Shown piece after piece: positions 49,972 through 60,262 of a DNA stretch of 64,000 nt. Origin of the DNA: an uncultured Gemmatimonadales bacterium (GTDB lineage Bacteria > Gemmatimonadota > Gemmatimonadetes > Gemmatimonadales > Gemmatimonadaceae); the NCBI GenBank assembly GCA_963793305.1, contig CAWBZV010000012.1, positions 224,001 through 288,000 of the forward strand. The letters are read 5' to 3'. The translations under genes were made by a program, and so were the position numbers. The notes under the pieces are model-generated. The model saw only the letters and a list, made by a program, of their open reading frames with translations. It was not told the origin of the DNA and made no database searches. How positions within the stretch are numbered: position 1 is the first letter of the stretch; every line of letters starts with the position of its first letter.

Positions 49972-50472
49972 ATGTTTCGCGCTCTGGCCTGGCTCATAGC
50001 GATCGTTCCCGTCGCGGTCCGCGCGCAGGACGCCTCGCTCAACCTCGCTGATCCCGATGTCGCGGCCATCGCGAAGCTCGCCGATGACTTCGCGCACGCG
50101 GTTGACGCCGGCGATGTCAATCGTATCGTGGACTTCTACAGTCCCGCGGCGATCTACTTCGCGGACGGCGAGCCGGTGATCGATCGCAACGTCGGCAAGG
50201 CGATCGCGAATCGCTGGCGCAAGACCATCGGCTCCAATCGCGCGCACATGGCGATTCGCGTCGAGGAGATCGACGTGTCCGGCGACCTTGCGTACGATCG
50301 CATCAGCTACACCGTCACGATCATGCCGAGGATCGTGAATCTCGTCCCAGGACAAACGGGAACACCGAGCCAGGTGCAGCGCATCGGACGCGCCCTCGAG
50401 ATCCTCCGCAAAGAGGACGGCGTCTGGAAGTACTACCGCGTCATGACCAACAGTTCGTCCGGCGACGAATAG
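49972..50472 (+). CDS. Secreted SnoaL/NTF2-like (DUF4440) protein
   Basis: Signal peptide; AGD..IV.FY..AI, SGDLAY, ILRKEDGVWK. Confidence 0.8.
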   Translation: MFRALAWLIAIVPVAVRAQDASLNLADPDVAAIAKLADDFAHAVDAGDVNRIVDFYSPAAIYFADGEPVIDRNVGKAIANRWRKTIGSNRAHMAIRVEEIDVSGDLAYDRISYTVTIMPRIVNLVPGQTGTPSQVQRIGRALEILRKEDGVWKYYRVMTNSSSGDE

Positions 50473-50520
50473 CGCGTCCGTCCCACAGCGATTCAGATGA
50501 TGGGTCGCATTGACCGCTCG

Positions 50521-50549
50521 TTGACACATTAGAAATTTTCTGTTATCGC
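50521..50549 (+). promoter_or_regulatory. Candidate promoter of the susC operon
   Basis: TTGACA-17 nt-TATCGC; AGAAA-T-TTTCT palindrome in the spacer. Confidence 0.45.
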
Positions 50550-50659
50550 TGCGCAACAGTACAGTACTGAGCGTAGCGCCGCCCGCGCGCATTGCCGTCG
50601 GGGGTATTTGTCGTGTCTGAAGACCGCGCTCAGTCACAATCCGAGGTGGAGCATTCGCC

Positions 50660-53638
50660 ATGCGACTGTCTCGTGCGATGGCGCTCTTGGTCTGTTCCTC
50701 CCTGATTGCCACTGCGGCGCATGCTCAGTCGCGGACGATCAGCGGAACGGTCACGGACGCCGAAAGTAGTCAGCCCCTCTCCGACGTCCAGATCGTCATC
50801 AAGGGCACGTTGCGGGGAACGCACACAAAGGACGATGGGACCTACACGTTGCCGGTGCCCGACAACGGCGCGCTGACACTGAGCTTCCGGCGCATCGGCT
50901 ACATCCAAGTGGAGAAAGCCGTCCCCGCTGGAGAGCTCAAGATGGACGTCGCGCTCGCCCGCGATGTGCTCAAGCTCGAAGAAACGATCATCACCGGACA
51001 GGCGACCAGCGAGAGCCGCCGCAACGTCGCCAACGCCATTTCTACCGTGTCGGCGGACCAGCTGACCGCCGTGCAGTCCCAGACCCTCGACCAGGCGCTC
51101 CAGGGCAAGGTCGCGGGCGCCGACATTCAGGCCAACTCCGGTGCGCCTGGCGGCGGGATGCAAGTGCGGCTGCGCGGCATCTCGTCGATCATCGGCACTT
51201 CCGATCCGCTGTTCGTGGTCGACGGCGTGATCATCAGCAACGCATCGATCCCGGCCGGCACCAATTCCATCACCAAAGCGACGTCCGGCGCCGCGGGCGG
51301 CAGCGGGATCTCCTCGAATGAGGACAATCCATCGAACCGCCTCGCGGACCTCGACCCCAACGACATCGAGAGCATCGAGGTGCTCAAGGGCGCCTCGGCC
51401 TCCGCGATCTACGGATCGAAAGCGTCGCAGGGCGTCATCCTGATCACCACGAAGCGTGGACACGCCGGCAAGCCGAAGTTCAACGCCACGCAGCGTCTGG
51501 GCTTCAGCGAGGACTCGAAGGAGCTCGGGTCGCGGACCTTCCCGACGCTGGCGGCGGCCGAATCCGCGTTCGGGGGAACCGCCGCGACGTACTACAAGCC
51601 GGGCGTCACCTACGACCACGAAGCGGAGCTGGCCGGTAACAAGCCGCTGTCCTGGCAGACCACGATGAACTTGAGCGGCGGCAACGAAGCCACAACGTAC
51701 TACACGTCCGGCATCCTGGAACACGACGGCGGCATCATCGACAACACGTATTTCGACAAGCAGTCCGTCGCCCTGAACCTCAATCAGCAAGTCGGAACGC
51801 GCATGGACTTGGGGCTGCAGACGACATTCGCTCATACAGCCGATGGACGCGGGCTCACCAACAACGACAACACGAGCACCAGCTTCTACGCGACCCTGCC
51901 GGGCGTGCCGAACTTCGTGAACTTGCAGGCGCTCCCGAACGGCAGCTACCCGAACAATCCGTTCGCGCCGAGCAACCCGCTCCAGACCGCCGCGCTGCTG
52001 CACAACGACGAGAGCATCTATCGGTTCATCGGCTCCGGCCACGGCAGCCTGCATCTGCTCAGCACCTCCAGCAACATCCTCAACCTCGTGTTCACCGGCG
52101 GCCTGGATTTCTTCCAGCAGCAGAACTCCCTCTATTCGCCGCCGGATCTGCAGTATGAGATCCTGTACGGCAATCCGGGCACGAGCGTGCTCTCGAACAC
52201 AAACAACCTGTTCACCAACGTCAACCTCAATCTCGTCCACGTTTTCACGCCGAGCGGCGGCGCGTTCCGCGCCACGACCTCGATCGGCGCGCAGGAGGAG
52301 ACACGCTATCAGAGCTTGGATCGCACGGAAGCCAAGAACTTGGCCGGCGCTCTCCAGAATATCAATCGCGGGACATTCGTGACGGTGGACGAAGAGCGGC
52401 AGAATACCGTCGACCAGGGACTCTTCGCCCAAGAGGAATTCCTGACCCTCTCGGACCGCCTGCTGCTGACCATCGGCGTGCGCGCTGACCGCAGCAGCAA
52501 CAACGCCAACACGGACCATCTCTTTTGGTACCCGAAGGGGTCGGCGTCGTATCGACTGAATGTCGGAAAGTCGTTCCTCGACGAGATCAAGTTCCGCGCG
52601 GCCATCGGCGAGTCCGGTAACGAGCCACTCTACAGCCAGAAATTCGGCGAGCTCGTCGCCGGCAACTATGTCGGCATCCCGACGTCCCAGGTGCTCGGAA
52701 CGATCGCGTCGCCCGACCTCCAGCCGGAGCAGCAGCTCGAGGTCGAGGGCGGGTTCGATGCGACGCTGTTCGGCAGCCGCGCCACTCTGAGCGTCACCGG
52801 CTACCAGAAAACCATCAACAGTCTCCTGCTGCAACGCACGCTCGCCGGCGCCACGGGCTTCCAGAGCGAGTTCTTCAACGGCGGAACCCTGCGCGACCGC
52901 GGCCTCGAGATCGAGGGGACCGCGGCGGTCCTCCAGGGTCGGAACACGCAAGTGACGTTGAACGCGAACTTCTCGAAGGATGCGAGCCTCATCACGTCAC
53001 TCCCGGTCCCGCCCTTCATTCCCGCGAACCAAGGGTTCAGTACGACCTATGGGACGGCGTACATCGAGCAAGGCCATTCCGCGTCGGAGATCGAGGGCAA
53101 CGTCGTGAAGAACGGCCAGGTCACGACCGGCGCCATCGGCGATGCGAACCCGAACTTCCGCTTGGGCTGGGGCGGGTCGGCCACCTATCACGGCCTGCAC
53201 CTGTCGGTGCTCTTCAACTGGGTCCAGGGACAGAGCATCGTCAACCTGACGGAGTTATTGTACGACTTCGGCCAGAACAGCGTAGACTACGCGACGCCGA
53301 TCACCATCGACGGCAAGCAGACGACGATGGGTCAGTATCGCATCGCGCACTGGGAGGCGGGATACGGCAACACGTACGTGCAGGATGGCTCGTTCGTGAA
53401 GCTGCGCGAGTTGACGCTGTCCTACGATCTGCCGCTGCAATGGTTCCGGTTCGCCGGGCCGGGTCTCTCCAGCGCGACCTTGAGCATCAGCGGCCGCAAC
53501 CTCGTCACGTGGACCAAGTACCCCGGCCTCGATCCCGAAGTCTCCAACTTCGGCAATCAGAACGTCGGCCGTAACGTCGATGTCGGCCCATTCCCACCGA
53601 GCCGTACGTTCTGGTTCGGCCTCAGCCTGGGGTTCTGA
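50660..53638 (+). CDS. SusC/RagA-family TonB-dependent outer membrane receptor
   Basis: ISGTVTDAE, LQGKVAG, PLFVVDGV, DIESIEVLKGASASAIYGS.A..GVILITTKRG; C-terminal Phe. Confidence 0.95.
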   Translation: MRLSRAMALLVCSSLIATAAHAQSRTISGTVTDAESSQPLSDVQIVIKGTLRGTHTKDDGTYTLPVPDNGALTLSFRRIGYIQVEKAVPAGELKMDVALARDVLKLEETIITGQATSESRRNVANAISTVSADQLTAVQSQTLDQALQGKVAGADIQANSGAPGGGMQVRLRGISSIIGTSDPLFVVDGVIISNASIPAGTNSITKATSGAAGGSGISSNEDNPSNRLADLDPNDIESIEVLKGASASAIYGSKASQGVILITTKRGHAGKPKFNATQRLGFSEDSKELGSRTFPTLAAAESAFGGTAATYYKPGVTYDHEAELAGNKPLSWQTTMNLSGGNEATTYYTSGILEHDGGIIDNTYFDKQSVALNLNQQVGTRMDLGLQTTFAHTADGRGLTNNDNTSTSFYATLPGVPNFVNLQALPNGSYPNNPFAPSNPLQTAALLHNDESIYRFIGSGHGSLHLLSTSSNILNLVFTGGLDFFQQQNSLYSPPDLQYEILYGNPGTSVLSNTNNLFTNVNLNLVHVFTPSGGAFRATTSIGAQEETRYQSLDRTEAKNLAGALQNINRGTFVTVDEERQNTVDQGLFAQEEFLTLSDRLLLTIGVRADRSSNNANTDHLFWYPKGSASYRLNVGKSFLDEIKFRAAIGESGNEPLYSQKFGELVAGNYVGIPTSQVLGTIASPDLQPEQQLEVEGGFDATLFGSRATLSVTGYQKTINSLLLQRTLAGATGFQSEFFNGGTLRDRGLEIEGTAAVLQGRNTQVTLNANFSKDASLITSLPVPPFIPANQGFSTTYGTAYIEQGHSASEIEGNVVKNGQVTTGAIGDANPNFRLGWGGSATYHGLHLSVLFNWVQGQSIVNLTELLYDFGQNSVDYATPITIDGKQTTMGQYRIAHWEAGYGNTYVQDGSFVKLRELTLSYDLPLQWFRFAGPGLSSATLSISGRNLVTWTKYPGLDPEVSNFGNQNVGRNVDVGPFPPSRTFWFGLSLGF

Positions 53639-53640
53639 CC

Positions 53641-55011
53641 ATGACTACTCGTCTACTTCGCGCCGCAGCCTCCGCAGTCCTGGGCCTCGCGGCGTCGCTC
53701 ATGGGATGCGCCAACCTGACGGTGCCCGATCTCAACAACTCGAGCATCAGCGACTTTCAATCGCATCCATCGGGCGCCGGGGCCGACGCCATCGCCGTGG
53801 GGCTCCTCCGCGGCGCGCGGGACGGCACTTGGTTCCTGATCCGGACGCTCGGTGTTTTCGGCCGCGAAGGGTATTCGCTCAACGTCGCGCAAGGAGATCT
53901 GCCGACGTACTTGGTCGGCCCCTTGAGTCCGGGCGACTTCCTCGTGTCGGGCACCTGGAATCAACAGTACGCCGATCTTCGGGCGGCCAACATTATGCTC
54001 GACGGCCTCCCGAACGTGACTGACCTCACGTCGGCGCAGAAAGAGGCGATCACCGGTTTCGCCCAGACGATGGAAGCCTTCGACCTGTCGCAGCTCGCCG
54101 CGACGCGGGACACGTTCGGCATTCCGATCACGGTCGATATCAACCCGACGGGTGCGCTCGCGCCGATCGCGACGAAGGCCCAAGTCTATCAGCATATCTA
54201 TAACCTGCTCGACTCGGCGCAGACGCACCTCCAGAATGGCGGCGGCGTCTTTTCGTTCCCGATGCCCCAAGGCTTCTCCGGGTTCAACACGCCGACCACG
54301 TTCATCCTGTTCAACCGCGCTCTGCGCGCGCGGGTCGACATCACGCTCAGCAACTACACGCAGGCGCTGACCGATCTCTCGGCATCGTTCCTGTCCACGT
54401 CCGCTCCACTGTCGCTCGGCCCGGTGTTCGAGTTTTCGACCAACGCAGGGGACGAGGTCAACCCGCTCTTCGTGCCCTTCCTGTACGCGCATCCGCGGCT
54501 CGTCAGCGAGGCGCAGCTGCGGCCAAATGACTCGTTGGATCTTCGCGTGCAGGAGAAGCTCGTCACCGTGCCCTCGTTCACGTTGGAGGGCGTCACCACC
54601 AACGTGCAGTTCACGCTCTATAACTCGAGCGCCTCGCCGATCCCCGTCATTCGCAACGAAGAGCTCATTCTGATGCGGGCCGAGGCGAACTTCGGGCTCG
54701 GAAACAAGACCACGGCGCTCTCGGACATCAACCTTATCCGCACCAGCTCGGGAGGTTTGGCCGCCCTGCCCGGCTCGTTCGCGACCGGGCCTGACAGCGC
54801 GATGCTCAATGAGATCCTCTACGAAAAACGATACTCGTTGGTCTGGGAAGGCGGTCACACCTGGCTCGACATGCGGCACTACGGGTTGCTGCAGACGCTG
54901 CCGAAGGCACAACCGACCCATCACATCTTCGAGATCATGCCGTACCCGCTCGCCGATTGCCAGGGTCGGACTCCCAAGCCGGAAGGGTGTAACTTCGTCG
55001 TCGGATATTAG
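53641..55011 (+). CDS. SusD/RagB-family lipoprotein
   Basis: Lipobox LMGC; IRNEELILMRAEA, IN.IR, EKRYSL.WEGG..WLD.R. Confidence 0.9.
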   Translation: MTTRLLRAAASAVLGLAASLMGCANLTVPDLNNSSISDFQSHPSGAGADAIAVGLLRGARDGTWFLIRTLGVFGREGYSLNVAQGDLPTYLVGPLSPGDFLVSGTWNQQYADLRAANIMLDGLPNVTDLTSAQKEAITGFAQTMEAFDLSQLAATRDTFGIPITVDINPTGALAPIATKAQVYQHIYNLLDSAQTHLQNGGGVFSFPMPQGFSGFNTPTTFILFNRALRARVDITLSNYTQALTDLSASFLSTSAPLSLGPVFEFSTNAGDEVNPLFVPFLYAHPRLVSEAQLRPNDSLDLRVQEKLVTVPSFTLEGVTTNVQFTLYNSSASPIPVIRNEELILMRAEANFGLGNKTTALSDINLIRTSSGGLAALPGSFATGPDSAMLNEILYEKRYSLVWEGGHTWLDMRHYGLLQTLPKAQPTHHIFEIMPYPLADCQGRTPKPEGCNFVVGY

Positions 55012-55014
55012 GCG

Positions 55015-55497
55015 TTGCGCGGTCGGCAGCTCTTCGTAGTGGCCGGGTTGTCGGTGCTGGCGGGCGGCAGGCCCGCCATGTACCGCATTCCGCTCGACGC
55101 GACCACGACGGGCCGTGGCGCGTCGGGCGTGGCGACGCTGTCGCGCCCAGCTTCGCCGTTTTCCATGCCCGTCACGCGGGACGGTCACATCGTCTACGAT
55201 GTCGGTGTGACCGTCGCCGGCCTGCCGACTCCCGACACGTTCAACGGCGCGACGACCTACGTGGCATGGGCTACTGTGCCGGATCTGTCGCTCGCGGTGT
55301 CACTCGGCAAGCTGGCGAGCGACGGCACGACGCATGGCCAGGTGGCGTGGAACAAATTCATCCTGCTCGTGACCGCCGAGCGAACCGTCGGGGCCAAGTG
55401 GAGCGGGCCGATATTGCTCAAAGGCTCGTCGCCGAGCACGTGGATGCAGCGGTTTCAAGCGCACGTCACGGGTAACGGCGGCAACCCCGACTTCTGA
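55015..55497 (+). CDS. Hypothetical exported protein
   Basis: In-operon position, stop overlaps the next ATG; YVAW and FILLVTAE beta-rich motifs. Confidence 0.65.
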   Translation: MRGRQLFVVAGLSVLAGGRPAMYRIPLDATTTGRGASGVATLSRPASPFSMPVTRDGHIVYDVGVTVAGLPTPDTFNGATTYVAWATVPDLSLAVSLGKLASDGTTHGQVAWNKFILLVTAERTVGAKWSGPILLKGSSPSTWMQRFQAHVTGNGGNPDF

Positions 55498-57146
55498 TGC
55501 GCGCGGTGGTACTCGGCTTGGCGCTCTTCGGTCTGCCAGTGAGAGCGCAGGATACATCGATGGCCGGTATGCACATGGCCATGCCCATGGGCGATGGCCA
55601 TGGTCATCGTATGCCGCCCATGCCGGCTGGCATGCTGATGATGCCGGGGCTCGATAGCGTGTCGCCGCAGGTCGCCGCGTTTCTTCCGTCGGGGTCAGCC
55701 ATACCCGCCGTCCCGGGGACCGTGATCGAGGTCAAAGACGGCGACACGTTGACGCTCGACGCACGTCTGGTCGCCCGGACGATCAACGGGGCGACCTACA
55801 CGACGTACGCGTACAACGGACAGATCCCCGGGCCGCTTATTCGAGTCAAGCAAAATACGACGTTCGTCGTCCGGTTCACGAACCATATCGACCTGCCATC
55901 GTCGATCCACTGGCATGGCGTGCGGCTCGACAACCAATATGACGGCATTGATGGCGTAGGATCCGGCGCGTCGTTCATCTATAAAGTGCACGTTCCCGAC
56001 GCGGGGCTCTTCTGGTACCACCCGCATATCCGCGAGGACATCGAACAGGGTCTTGGCCTCTTCGGGAATCTGCGTGTCGACTCGCCGGATCCCGCGTACT
56101 ACAACCCAGTCAATGCCGAAGCCACGCTCATCCTCGACGACCTGCTCGTCGATAAGAACGGCTTGATCCCCTACGGAAAAGAGGGCGCCAATTTCGCCAT
56201 CATGGGACGGTTCGGCAACGTCCTGCTGGTGAACGGGCAGCCGCGGTATCATCTCAACGTCCACCGTGGGGACGTGGTGCGATTCTTTCTCACGAACGCG
56301 TCGAATGCCCGGAGTTATAACATTGACTTGGCTGGCGCGAAGCTCAAACTGATCGCCACCGACGAGAGCCGATACGAGCGCGAGATGCCGGTGACGAGCG
56401 TCGTGATCGCACCCGCGCAGCGATTTATCGTCGAGGGGCGCTATGATAGCGCCGGCACGTTTCCAATCGCGAATCGGGTTCAGGCAGTGTCGAACTTCGC
56501 GGCCGAGTACTCGGTCGAAGCGGACACGCTCGGCGCGGTGACGGTGTCGCCGGAGCGAACGACGGCCGATCACGCCAAAGAGTTCGCGGCGCTGCGATCA
56601 GTGAGTGACGTGTCCAAGGACATCGATCGATTCCGGCCTCAGTTCGACCGACCACCGGATCATACCCTGATATTGACCGTCAACATTCAGGGGCTGCCAC
56701 GGAGTCTCGTGCAGTTCATGGCGATCGACACGATGTACTTCAATCCGGTCGAGTGGAACGACGGGATGCCGGACATGAACTGGGTGTCGACGAGCCGCGA
56801 AGTGCGGTGGATCATGCGGGACAGCGCGACCGGCAAAGAGAACATGGACATCGACTGGCCACACGTGCACGCCGGCCAGATGATCAAGATTCGCATTCAC
56901 AACGACGAGCGGTCGATGCATCCGATGGCGCATCCCATTCACTTTCACGGGCAACGGTTTCTCGTCATCGACCGGGACGGCGTGCGCAATGCCGACCTGG
57001 CCTGGCAGGACACGGAGCTCGTTCCGGTGGGAACGACCGAAGACCTGTTGCTCGATGCCTCCAATCCCGGCGTCTGGATGGCTCACTGTCATATCGCCGA
57101 GCATCTCGACGCCGGCATGATGATGCGGTTCACCGTCGATCCATAG
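55497..57146 (+). CDS. Multicopper oxidase (three-domain, laccase/CueO-like)
   Basis: HWHG, WYHPH, HPIHFHG, HCHIAEHLDAGM; Met/His-rich N-terminus. Confidence 0.93.
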   Translation: MRAVVLGLALFGLPVRAQDTSMAGMHMAMPMGDGHGHRMPPMPAGMLMMPGLDSVSPQVAAFLPSGSAIPAVPGTVIEVKDGDTLTLDARLVARTINGATYTTYAYNGQIPGPLIRVKQNTTFVVRFTNHIDLPSSIHWHGVRLDNQYDGIDGVGSGASFIYKVHVPDAGLFWYHPHIREDIEQGLGLFGNLRVDSPDPAYYNPVNAEATLILDDLLVDKNGLIPYGKEGANFAIMGRFGNVLLVNGQPRYHLNVHRGDVVRFFLTNASNARSYNIDLAGAKLKLIATDESRYEREMPVTSVVIAPAQRFIVEGRYDSAGTFPIANRVQAVSNFAAEYSVEADTLGAVTVSPERTTADHAKEFAALRSVSDVSKDIDRFRPQFDRPPDHTLILTVNIQGLPRSLVQFMAIDTMYFNPVEWNDGMPDMNWVSTSREVRWIMRDSATGKENMDIDWPHVHAGQMIKIRIHNDERSMHPMAHPIHFHGQRFLVIDRDGVRNADLAWQDTELVPVGTTEDLLLDASNPGVWMAHCHIAEHLDAGMMMRFTVDP

Positions 57147-57155
57147 GAGCGTGAC

Positions 57156-58544
57156 ATGATTCGGGTCGGTACACTCGCTTTTGTATTGAGCGCCATCGCA
57201 ATCCAGGCGCAGGATCCGCCAAAGCTCGAAAAGGTTGGCGGGAGCAACAATGTGCACTTGTTGTCCCATGTCCCGCTCGGCGGCTATTTCCGGGTCGCCG
57301 ACGCGGACCTGGAGCAGGAGATGTCCCGCCCGTATGCGTACGTCGGCCAGATCCGCGACCGCGCTGGCTTCACGATCATCGACATCAAGGATCCGTCGAA
57401 TCCCAAGGTGCTGTATCGATGGCGGATCGAGAACTATGAGTTGCATCAGGGTGATGGCGGCCTGCGGGCGAAGTACTTCAAGCTGCACGGCCGGTACTAC
57501 GTGGCCGTCTGCTATCAGTTCCTGCAAGGCTCGCCCGACGCCGACCTCGGCGCGATCATCTACGACGTCACGAGCCTGCCGGACACGACCAAGATCAAAG
57601 TCGTCGCCCGGATCACCGCTCCGTCGTTGCCCGGCGGATTCCACAACCTGTTCGTGTACAAGCACTCGGACGGCCGTGTGCTGCTCTTCACGACGACCAC
57701 CTCCAACGTCGCCAACATCTACGACATGGAGAAGACAATCGCCGGCGACAAGGACTTCGGCCTCGTCGGCACGGTGCCGATCCCCCAAGGCTCAGCCCAC
57801 AAGGAAGTGCTGCCGGGATTCGACCAAGGCCAGATCGCGATCTCGGGCTATCACGACTTCGCGGTGCAGTACGATCCCGCCACGCATCAGGACAAGTTCT
57901 ACGGCGGCGGCGCGGGTGGGTACTACGTGTACGACGTGACGCACATTGACCAGATCAAGCTCGTGACGTCGATCGTCGGCTCGGCCGGCGTGGGTTGGGG
58001 TCACACGTTCACGCCGACGCCGGACGGGGCGTTCGCCGTGACCGAGACCGAGTATCAGTGGGCACCGCTCCGCATCTACGATCTGCGACCCGGGCTCGAG
58101 GGCAAAGTGCAGGCGGTGACGCAGCCCGTCTCGGTGTGGAATTCCGACTGGAACGACCTCGCGCACAACCACGAGATCCGCTGGCCGTATGTGTTCGTCT
58201 CGGCCTACGAGGACGGCCTCCAGATCTTCAACATGCAGGACGCGGCGCATCCCAAGACCATCGGCTGGTACTACACCTGCGAGTGCCAGCACGCGACCGG
58301 GTTCGGCGGTCTGCCGCAGTGGACCGGGCACAGCATCTATAACGGCGCGTTCGGCATCATGGTGCGGAACGCCAATGGGCTCATCATGATCACCGACTCG
58401 AACACCGGGGCGTGGTTCTTCAAGCTCGATGGGTTCAGCGGGTGGAATGGCGAGGACTGGGGCATGCCGAACATCTCCAGCGCCCAGGACTGGGATCATG
58501 GACCGCCCGGCGCGCCGGCGCCGCACAAGGTGGCGTCGAAATGA
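57156..58544 (+). CDS. LVIVD-repeat-like secreted beta-propeller
   Basis: IIDIKDPSNP, IYDVT, GLQIFN...P repeats; FHN, YHD, GHT and AHN His motifs. Confidence 0.75.
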   Translation: MIRVGTLAFVLSAIAIQAQDPPKLEKVGGSNNVHLLSHVPLGGYFRVADADLEQEMSRPYAYVGQIRDRAGFTIIDIKDPSNPKVLYRWRIENYELHQGDGGLRAKYFKLHGRYYVAVCYQFLQGSPDADLGAIIYDVTSLPDTTKIKVVARITAPSLPGGFHNLFVYKHSDGRVLLFTTTTSNVANIYDMEKTIAGDKDFGLVGTVPIPQGSAHKEVLPGFDQGQIAISGYHDFAVQYDPATHQDKFYGGGAGGYYVYDVTHIDQIKLVTSIVGSAGVGWGHTFTPTPDGAFAVTETEYQWAPLRIYDLRPGLEGKVQAVTQPVSVWNSDWNDLAHNHEIRWPYVFVSAYEDGLQIFNMQDAAHPKTIGWYYTCECQHATGFGGLPQWTGHSIYNGAFGIMVRNANGLIMITDSNTGAWFFKLDGFSGWNGEDWGMPNISSAQDWDHGPPGAPAPHKVASK

Positions 58545-60262
58545 GATCTCTGATCGCGCTAATGTTGGCGGCGACACTCGGCGCGCAACAACCGCGTTTC
58601 GAGGTGACGTTCCCGGCATCGCTCAATACCGGCCCGATCACGGGCCGGGTCTTCGTCACGCTCTTTCAGCGCGCGGACATTGAGCCGAGGATCGCCGCGT
58701 ATCAATCGGCGCGATTTCGGACTGGCCGCGTGCCGATCTTCGCCATCGATGTCGATCAGCTCGCACCTGGTCAGTCGGCGGTCGTCGATGCGAAAGCCGT
58801 TGGCTATCCGTTGGCCCACATGCGTGATCTGCCCGCGGGCGATTACTACGCGCAGGCGGTGCTCAACGTGTACACGCAGTACCATAGGTCGGACGGCCAC
58901 ACGATCTGGGCCCATCAAGATCATTGGGAAGGCCAACGATGGGCGTATGCGCCGGGCAATCTCCTCTCGACACCGGTGAAGGTCCATCTGGACCCGGCGA
59001 AGGGGTTCAACGTGCAGCTGGCGTTCGATCACAAGATTCCAGCGCTCGAACCGCCCCACGACACGAAGTGGGTCAAGTGGGTCCGGATCAAGAGCGATCT
59101 GCTCACGAAGTTCTGGGGTGTGCCGCAGGAGCTCGGCGCGACAGTGTTGCTTCCCAAAGGATATGACGAGCACCCGGATACGTACTATCCGGTCGTCTAC
59201 ATCCAGACGCACTTCTCGCTGGACGCGCCGTTCGGGTTCACGGAAGACCCCGCGCCACCACCGCCACCGATACAACTCGCGCCGCCGAGCACGCGCTCGA
59301 ACGTCGAGTCGTCACGTCCGTTCGGAGGCGGCGGCAAGAAGGAGACAGGCTACGAATTCTACCAGTCATGGAACTCCGACGCCCTGCCACGAATGATCCT
59401 CGTGACGTTCCAGCACGTCACCCCGTACTTCGACGACTCGTATGCCGTGAACTCGGCCAACAACGGCCCGTACGGCGACGCACTCATGCAGGAGCTGATC
59501 CCGTACGTCGAGTCACACTTCCGGGTCATTCGCCAGCCATACGCGCGCGTACTCACCGGTGGCTCGACCGGCGGCTGGGAGTCGCTCGCGCTGCAACTCT
59601 ACCACCCGGATTTCTTCGGGGGGACGTGGACGTTCTATCCGGATCCGATCGACTTCCGGCGCTGGCAGTTGGTCGACATTTATTCGGACTCGAACGCGTT
59701 CGTGGTCCCGAACGCGGCGCCGGGCGCTCCAGAGCGGATGATGCAACAGTCGCCGGAAGGGCAACCCGTCGCGTCGTTCCGCGCCATCAGTCAGATGGAG
59801 GATGTCTCGGGAACGCACGGCCGGTCGTGCGCCCAGTTCGATATCTGGAACGCGGCGTATGGTCCCGTGGGCGCCGATGGGTATCCGCGGCAGCTGTTCG
59901 ACTTCCATACCGGCGTGATCGATCACGAGGTCGCGCAGTACATGCGCGATCATGGGTACGATCTCCGGTACTACGCCGAGGAAAACTGGTCGAAGATCGG
60001 CCCATCGCTCGTGGGCAAGATTCACATGCTGACCGGCGACATGGACGATTTCTACCTCGCGCCGGCGGTGTATCTCATGGAGGACTTTTTGGAGAGCACG
60101 AAGAATCCCTACTACGCGGGCGATTTTCGCTATGGGCGGCCGAACAAGGGACATGGCTGGCAGCCGATGACGAACGCCGATCTCCTGCGGGAGATGGCCG
60201 CGCAGATCGCCAAGAACGCCCCAACTGGAGCCAATACGTCATCATGGCGCGATTCCCGATAG
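58541..60262 (+). CDS. Secreted putative esterase (alpha/beta hydrolase, Fes-like C-terminal domain)
   Basis: LLPKGY...YPVVY, ELIPYVE..FR, GGSTGG, GDMDD, GHGW. Confidence 0.8.
   Translation: MRSLIALMLAATLGAQQPRFEVTFPASLNTGPITGRVFVTLFQRADIEPRIAAYQSARFRTGRVPIFAIDVDQLAPGQSAVVDAKAVGYPLAHMRDLPAGDYYAQAVLNVYTQYHRSDGHTIWAHQDHWEGQRWAYAPGNLLSTPVKVHLDPAKGFNVQLAFDHKIPALEPPHDTKWVKWVRIKSDLLTKFWGVPQELGATVLLPKGYDEHPDTYYPVVYIQTHFSLDAPFGFTEDPAPPPPPIQLAPPSTRSNVESSRPFGGGGKKETGYEFYQSWNSDALPRMILVTFQHVTPYFDDSYAVNSANNGPYGDALMQELIPYVESHFRVIRQPYARVLTGGSTGGWESLALQLYHPDFFGGTWTFYPDPIDFRRWQLVDIYSDSNAFVVPNAAPGAPERMMQQSPEGQPVASFRAISQMEDVSGTHGRSCAQFDIWNAAYGPVGADGYPRQLFDFHTGVIDHEVAQYMRDHGYDLRYYAEENWSKIGPSLVGKIHMLTGDMDDFYLAPAVYLMEDFLESTKNPYYAGDFRYGRPNKGHGWQPMTNADLLREMAAQIAKNAPTGANTSSWRDSR

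Noticed and set aside
50630..52951. Long antisense or alternate-frame ORFs (also 4157-5944, 7677-9305, 21586-23217, 53653-55188)
   Set aside because: Arg/Ala/Gly-rich shadow frames typical of high-GC coding DNA, with no recognisable motifs.
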